Positions 27,356-32,000 of a stretch of 32,000 nt of DNA are shown here, one piece after another; positions within the stretch are counted from its first letter, which is position 1, and the number at the start of each line of letters is the position of its first letter. The notes below the pieces were generated by a model. It was given only the letters and a program-made list of their open reading frames with translations. It was not told the DNA's origin and did no database searches. The position numbers were made by a program, and so were the translations under genes. The stretch is from the sequence record CP044582.1, one strand, 5' to 3'.

Positions 27356-28399
27356 CTATTGTACTGTGGTCCATGTATTATCAGTTGGAATTGACTTAAG
27401 GAAATATAAACTCAGTAGCTTACTTACAATTTTAAATGTGTAATAGAATTTTTTTATGCTATTAGAAATGTTATTCTCTTTGCTTAAATCTTGTAATAAA
27501 AGATTTGTTTCTGCGCATTCATCAAGGTATTTAAAAAATATAGGATTTTCTACATCTAAGATGATAGGGAATAATTTTTGAGAACTCTGATTAGTTTTTC
27601 TAATTACATATTGATCAAATTTACGCGCATCTAACCCAATTGCTTTATAAAACGCCGAACGTTGGCAATCATTTAAATACATGGTAGCGAAAACTGAGAG
27701 TAAAAAGAATTTACACCATAATTTACTCTGTAAACCTGTTAATAATTGTGGCTGAGATTTAAGAACAGCCGCAAAAAAATCACCATGGCGATTTTCATCT
27801 TGGCACCAGCTCTCAAAAAATCTAAAAATTGGATAAATACGATCTTTTTGGGCTCGTTCTAAATGACGATAAATTGTAATGTAACGCCAATAACCGATTT
27901 TTTCGGAAAGATATGTTGCGTAAAGAATAAATTTTGGTGCAAAGAATGTATATTTACGACTTTTTGTTAAAAATCCTAGATCTAAAATAAGGTTAAAGTC
28001 ACTCATTGCTTTATTTAAAAATCCAGCGTGGCGTGCTTCATCTCTTGACATTAAAGCGAATCCCTCTGCTAAAAGTGGGTTTTGATTTTTTAGGTTTCGA
28101 GATAATTCTTTGTACAAAAGAAATCCTGAAAACTCAGCGGTACAAGATCTTTCTAAAAATTCTATAAAAAGTGATCTTGTCTCGTCAGGAATTTTTGAAA
28201 ATGATTCTGAGAATTCTTTATCTCTAATAAAATGACGTTGATTGTAATCTCTTCTAAATTCTTCTAAAATTGCTTCGATTTCTTCAACATTGGAAGAAAC
28301 ATCTAAGTTTGCCATTTCTTCAAAATCAGTTGTATAAAATCGTGGAGTTAATAAACTCTCTTTTGCAGGCGTCTTTGACGATACTATAGAATCAGTCAT
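27356..28399 (-). CDS. acsF: Mg-protoporphyrin IX monomethyl ester (oxidative) cyclase (AcsF / Ycf59 / CHL27)
   Basis: 347-aa ORF with [15 protein letters not shown], the di-iron motifs [14 protein letters not shown] and [12 protein letters not shown], and a second E..H ([10 protein letters not shown]). AGGAG lies upstream of the ATG. Confidence 0.93.
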   Translation of the reverse strand: MTDSIVSSKTPAKESLLTPRFYTTDFEEMANLDVSSNVEEIEAILEEFRRDYNQRHFIRDKEFSESFSKIPDETRSLFIEFLERSCTAEFSGFLLYKELSRNLKNQNPLLAEGFALMSRDEARHAGFLNKAMSDFNLILDLGFLTKSRKYTFFAPKFILYATYLSEKIGYWRYITIYRHLERAQKDRIYPIFRFFESWCQDENRHGDFFAAVLKSQPQLLTGLQSKLWCKFFLLSVFATMYLNDCQRSAFYKAIGLDARKFDQYVIRKTNQSSQKLFPIILDVENPIFFKYLDECAETNLLLQDLSKENNISNSIKKFYYTFKIVSKLLSLYFLKSIPTDNTWTTVQ

Positions 28400-28577
28400 T
28401 TTTTCTCCTTTTTAATTGTCGTATCATCTAAAATAGTAAAATTCTATATTATTACCTTCTTTAAAGTAGATAATAATACATTTAAGTTTATTATATAAGA
28501 TTTTTAGAGTAAAATATAAGCAACATTTTCCGTGTTTTATTTGTACTCTAATTTTACTTTTTTATCAAAAGTAGTTA

Positions 28578-28617
28578 AAAATTTTAAATATAATAATTTT
28601 ATTATATTTAAAATTTT
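28578..28617. repeat. 40-bp all-A/T perfect palindrome (19-bp arms, 2-nt centre)
   Basis: AAAATTTTAAATATAATAA TT TTATTATATTTAAAATTTT, checked pair by pair. It lies between the trnN 3' end and the acsF 5' region. The sequence is certain, the function unknown. Confidence 0.6.
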
Positions 28618-28655
28618 CAAGATATTTGATGTACATAGCTTTTTAACTGTGAAAA

Positions 28656-28727
28656 CTCCCCAGGCTGGACTTGAACCAGCGACCAATCGGTTAACAGCCG
28701 ATTGCTCTACCACTGAGCTACTGAGGA
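28656..28727 (-). tRNA. trnN: tRNA-Asn (GUU)
   Basis: The reverse complement folds as a 72-nt cloverleaf: acceptor TCCTCAG/CTGGGGA plus G73, D arm GCTC-AGTGGTA-GAGC, anticodon arm ATCGG-CTGTTAA-CCGAT, T arm GCTGG-TTCAAGT-CCAGC. Confidence 0.92.
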
Positions 28728-28748
28728 TTTATTTATAACATATTATAA

Positions 28749-28807
28749 AAAGTTTAAATTACTAAAGCTATAGATGATTAGGCTATAGCTTTAGTAATTT
28801 AAACTTT
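28749..28807. terminator. Perfect 25-bp stem / 9-nt loop immediately 3' of the Clp_N-like ORF
   Basis: AAAGTTTAAATTACTAAAGCTATAG ATGATTAGG CTATAGCTTTAGTAATTTAAACTTT. Its right arm ends 2 nt from the ORF stop codon (28809-28811). It is the longest perfect stem in the window. Confidence 0.55.
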
Positions 28808-28808
28808 A

Positions 28809-29255
28809 TCAATCGGTTAGAGCCTCTTTAATCCATTTTCGTAAAGATTTATTGCGTATTAAAGACGCAAAAACTTGAAATGTATTTATAACATAGATAT
28901 TATTATTTGTTTTAATAGATTTTGTTATTGAAAATAAAAGACGTCTAGTAGAACGACTAAAAGTTAATATATTTTCTTTTTCAACTAAAGAATTTTTTTT
29001 ATTTAAAACTTTAAACTCAAATTCACATTTAATTAAAATTTTATTTGCTTTATTATTAAAAGGAGAATTATGCTTATATAGATTATTTATACTTTTATGT
29101 GCCAAGGTATTATCAATTTTTAAGATAGCATATAAAAGAAATTTTGAGTTAACACTGCTGCTGCCATATTTTTTGGCTTCTTTAAAAGCTAAAAGAATTG
29201 CTTGTTTTAATTGTGAAGAAAGTAATCTCTTAGTATAAACCCTTTTTTCCTGCAT
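28809..29255 (-). CDS. Stand-alone, divergent Clp N-terminal-domain (Clp_N repeat) protein, 148 aa
   Basis: It has two Clp_N-like repeats by eye. They are LSSQLKQAILLAFKEAKKYGSSSVNSKFLLYAILKIDNTLAHKSINNL and FSRSTRRLLFSITKSIKTNNNIYVINTFQVFASLIRNKSLRKWIKEAL. Compare the ClpC pattern FT..A..vi.lA.eEA..lgh..vgtEhlLLgLl. No AAA+ module follows. It has an ATG start and a strong 3' hairpin. Confidence 0.5.
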   Translation of the reverse strand: MQEKRVYTKRLLSSQLKQAILLAFKEAKKYGSSSVNSKFLLYAILKIDNTLAHKSINNLYKHNSPFNNKANKILIKCEFEFKVLNKKNSLVEKENILTFSRSTRRLLFSITKSIKTNNNIYVINTFQVFASLIRNKSLRKWIKEALTD

Positions 29256-29332
29256 AACTCGACATTAATATTTCTTAAGATAATTACTCTTGTAGATTTA
29301 TACCTACGAAAGTAATTTATATAACTAAATTA

Positions 29333-30852
29333 TTACATATCACCAGCTTCTTTACAAGCATACATGACATCTAGCGTAATTGTACTTAAATTATTTGTCT
29401 TTGCAAATTTTTCTACGTTTCGTTTAATTTTTCCTCTAACAAACCCGGGTATTCGTTTTAACTCATTTTCAGCTTCAACGTCCCAAATATTTTCATTTGA
29501 CAGTGTTGAACTCGAGATATCTTTTGTATCATGACCACCAAAGATTTCTAAAAGATGATCTTCCATACCTAAAGTAAATGAGTTATAAATTAGATCAGCA
29601 ATCTGATTACTTCCTTCATATCCTATAAATGGTCTATAACTTAAAGGGAAGTTTTGAATATGGACTGGAGCAGAAATTACGCCACACGGAATATTTAAAC
29701 GTTTACCAATGTGTCTTTCCATTTGTGTACCAAAGATAGCTGAAGGTTCTAATTTTGCAATCATATCACCAACAAGATTGTGATCATCAGTAATTAATAT
29801 ATCTTCACAATACTTTGAAACTTCATTTCTAAACCATACCTCTTCGGGCTTGCAATAAGTCCCTGCAACTAAGACTCGTACACCCATTTCTTGTGATAAA
29901 ATTTTAGTAATTGCTACAGTGTGTGTTGCATCTCCAAAAACTACAGCTGTTTTACCTGCTAAATTTTGGCAGTCAATTGATCTTGAAAACCACGCAGATT
30001 GAGAAACGAAACGTGTCTGTAGATCTATATACTTTTCAAAATCCGCAACAAATCCTAACGGTTTTAAAAGTATTTGAATTTGACGAATAAAATTTGCTGT
30101 TTCGACAATACCTATAGGAGTAGTTGAAACAAAAGGTATATTATATTTTTTTCTAAAAGTTGTGCGCTTAATAACCCTACTTCACGATAGGGTACAATAT
30201 TAAACCATGCCTGTGGAAGTTTTTTCAATTCTTCAACTGAAGCGCCTTCAGGAATAATCGTATTAACTGTAATTGAAAGATCTTTAAAAAGTCTTTTTAA
30301 TTCAGCTATATCATGATGTACATGAAATCCTAAATTACAAGGACCTAATATATTTACTGATGGATTTTTAGTTTTTTCATTTATAATTGACCCATCTTTT
30401 TCAGCTTTTTCTAAATAAAATTTTATAATTTGTTCCAATGTACGATCTGCTGCTTGCAACTCATTTACTCTATAGTGATTTACATCAGCTAATAATACAT
30501 CAGCTTTAGCATCTTGAGAGGCACGATTTACAAAATTCTGTAAATCTTCTTGTAATATACTTGAAGTACAAGTTGGTGTTAGTAAAACTAAATCTGGTTG
30601 CTCTTCTTTGTCTTTTCTTTTAATGTTTTGGATTACTTTCTCTTGAGAACCTCGAGCAAGGACATGACGATCAACAACACTAGCTGTTACTGGTGTAAAA
30701 TCACGTTTTCGTTCAAGCATTGATCGCATAACATTAAAATAATCATCTCCTAATGGAGCATGCATAATTGCATGAACTTTTCGAAATGAGGTTGCGATTC
30801 TTAAGGTTCCAATATGAGCAGGTCCAGCATACATCCAATAAGCTAATTTCAT
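29333..30852 (-). CDS. chlB: Light-independent protochlorophyllide reductase subunit B (DPOR ChlB), frame interrupted by a 1-nt deficit in an A7 run (T7 on the plus strand)
   Basis: From the ATG at 30852 it reads [73 protein letters not shown]...[16 protein letters not shown], then hits a stop. Shifting one base at 30146-30152 gives [25 protein letters not shown]...[37 protein letters not shown]..., which runs into tracked ORF 29333-29887 with no further stops. The span is 1520 nt; 1521 nt would give 506 aa. Confidence 0.9.
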
Positions 30853-30913
30853 AAATGTTTTAGTAGGTAGAAAATTAAATAGTTGACAAGCATTAGAATT
30901 TAAAGTGTTTAGG

Positions 30914-31219
30914 TTAATTATTTTCACTTTCTTGGGTAAGCTTCTGAAATGCATGAGCGATAGCACGGAGCCTAATATTTTCCCAGCATGTTGGTACTAA
31001 TATAGAATTAATTAAAACTTGACTAAACAATAAAATAGGATCTAATCTCCAACCATGAATAACTAAGATCGAACTATAAAGAAGTCCGATCGTTGCAAAA
31101 AAGATGTCTTGATCACGAGCAATTTGGGGTTTTACAATTCTTAAGAAATATAAAAATGCCATGACTACTCCAATCATCATTGCTAAAAGAATATTTGGCT
31201 CAAAAATTATATTAATCAT
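30914..31219 (-). CDS. ycf66: Ycf66-like small membrane protein
   Basis: [69 protein letters not shown]... has the Ycf66-type [12 protein letters not shown] motif, from memory. I used the ATG at 31219; the tracked ORF begins at a TTG at 31234. Confidence 0.65.
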   Translation of the reverse strand: MINIIFEPNILLAMMIGVVMAFLYFLRIVKPQIARDQDIFFATIGLLYSSILVIHGWRLDPILLFSQVLINSILVPTCWENIRLRAIAHAFQKLTQESENN

Positions 31220-31251
31220 AGTTTTGTTCGACAAATTGTTATTTGTAAAAA

Positions 31252-31371
31252 CTAGGCACGTGTAATACGGTCTGCTCGGCTAACAAAAACAAGTGCGAGA
31301 CTAATTGGAACAACTACTAAAACTGTCCCTAAAATTAAACTGTTTAAGAAATTGAATAAAGATGGTGTCAT
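31252..31371 (-). CDS. psbX: Photosystem II protein PsbX (39 aa)
   Basis: Hand-translated [39 protein letters not shown] matches the PsbX pattern MTPSL..F..SL..G..iV.iP....L.fvSq.D...R. Confidence 0.85.
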   Translation of the reverse strand: MTPSLFNFLNSLILGTVLVVVPISLALVFVSRADRITRA

Positions 31372-31420
31372 AAATGTAAGTTTCCTTTAATTTATAGAAA
31401 AATAATATGGATATAGATTC

Positions 31421-31978
31421 TTATTTAGGTGAAGTTGTAATTGTTTCATCAGAAGCAATTAAGTCACCACTTAAAAATTCTTGCCATGCAGCAAAAGGCC
31501 ATAAAAAACCAGATGTCATTATAGATATTGCTAAAGGAACATCAATAATAATCTCTTTTTCCGTAGGGTTTGAAGTTTGACCTACAGTTCTAATATACTT
31601 ACGTCCAACCCATCCGATCCAACCACTTATGTAAAGAAACAAAATACTTGGTAGTAAAAACTCTGATCCATGACTCCAACGTCCATCAGTAATTAGATGT
31701 GGTAAACCGTCGTTTCCACATAATAAATTTGAGTCAGCATATCTTGTAAAACGTTGTTTTGTTTGAGTAATTTGTTGCTGAATTGCAATTTGAGGAGGAG
31801 TACCTTCTTCGTATTTTTTTAATCTATTTTCAAGTTTTTTTACTGTTTTTGCTAATCTTTTTTGGAAAACTTCTGAATCCTTACAGGGGTTAAGACCACC
31901 AATATCTGCATTTGATATCATAGGTAGACCTAAGAAAGTTAATAAAGGAAGAAACGCAAATTTGACAATTTTTGTCAT
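31421..31978 (-). CDS. psaF: Photosystem I subunit III (PsaF)
   Basis: 185-aa ORF with a signal-like N-terminus and then [18 protein letters not shown]...[43 protein letters not shown], characteristic of PsaF. Confidence 0.95.
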
Positions 31979-32000
31979 AAATTAATATGTATAAAAGGTT

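Noticed and set aside
28532-28738. 68-aa plus-strand ORF.
   Set aside because: It starts at a GTG, not an ATG. It runs through the AT palindrome and is antisense to trnN, and its C-terminal half is simply the complement of the tRNA.
30853-30966. N-terminal 38 codons of tracked ORF 30112-30966, which would overlap the ycf66-like gene.
   Set aside because: ChlB homology begins exactly at the internal ATG at 30852 ([15 protein letters not shown]). The upstream extension is unconserved and overlaps the neighbouring gene.
1-32000. Search for CRISPR arrays, IS elements or transposases, integrases, phage genes, toxin-antitoxin or other defence/accessory islands, and for long direct or dispersed repeats.
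   Set aside because: None was seen. Spacers are short (mostly under 250 nt). No repeat-spacer periodicity, no terminal inverted repeats flanking an ORF, and no unexplained ORF longer than about 150 aa were found. The window behaves as core plastid genome.

Overview
This window is a strongly AT-rich, tightly packed segment of a plastid (chloroplast) genome of the red-algal lineage. The gene set (dnaK, secY, ftsH, tufA, petF, ycf34, ycf66, acsF, chlI, chlB, psbX, psaM, plus a group I intron in trnL-UAA) fits best a secondary red plastid of an ochrophyte (stramenopile) alga. That taxon call is inference only.

Layout, left to right:
- ftsH (partial, runs off the left edge) and psaE.
- The conserved psbB-psbT-(psbN antisense)-psbH cluster, then petF.
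- The large str/alpha/spc/S10 ribosomal-protein supercluster on the minus strand, 4731-20160: rps10-tufA-rps7-rps12-rpl31-rps9-rpl13-rpoA-rps11-rps13-rpl36-secY-rps5-rpl18-rpl6-rps8-rpl5-rpl14-rps17-rpl29-rpl16-rps3-rpl22-rps19-rpl2-rpl23-rpl4-rpl3.
- Divergent dnaK, then trnF-trnC-trnL(intron), ycf34, overlapping psbD/psbC, and psaM.
- A chlorophyll-synthesis neighbourhood: chlI, acsF, trnN, a Clp_N-like ORF and chlB.
- ycf66-like ORF, psbX and psaF.

I found no CRISPR array, transposon, prophage or defence-type island. Essentially every kilobase is explained by a recognisable plastid gene, so I do not think this window holds a novel multi-gene system.

Points worth a second look:
1. Four conserved genes (rps12, rps9, chlI, chlB) are each broken by a single-nucleotide indel lying exactly in an A/T homopolymer. 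trnL also has an apparent extra C in a C7 run. This is either a homopolymer sequencing artefact or slippage-tolerated frameshifts.
2. The trnL(UAA) group I intron is very compact, at 184 nt.
3. rpl24 is missing from an otherwise canonical cluster.
4. A 24-bp stem sits in the psbH leader and is fully paired only on the psbH-sense strand.
5. rpoA carries an insertion of roughly 80-90 low-complexity residues.
6. There is a stand-alone, divergent Clp N-domain ORF.
7. FtsH appears to lack its first transmembrane helix.
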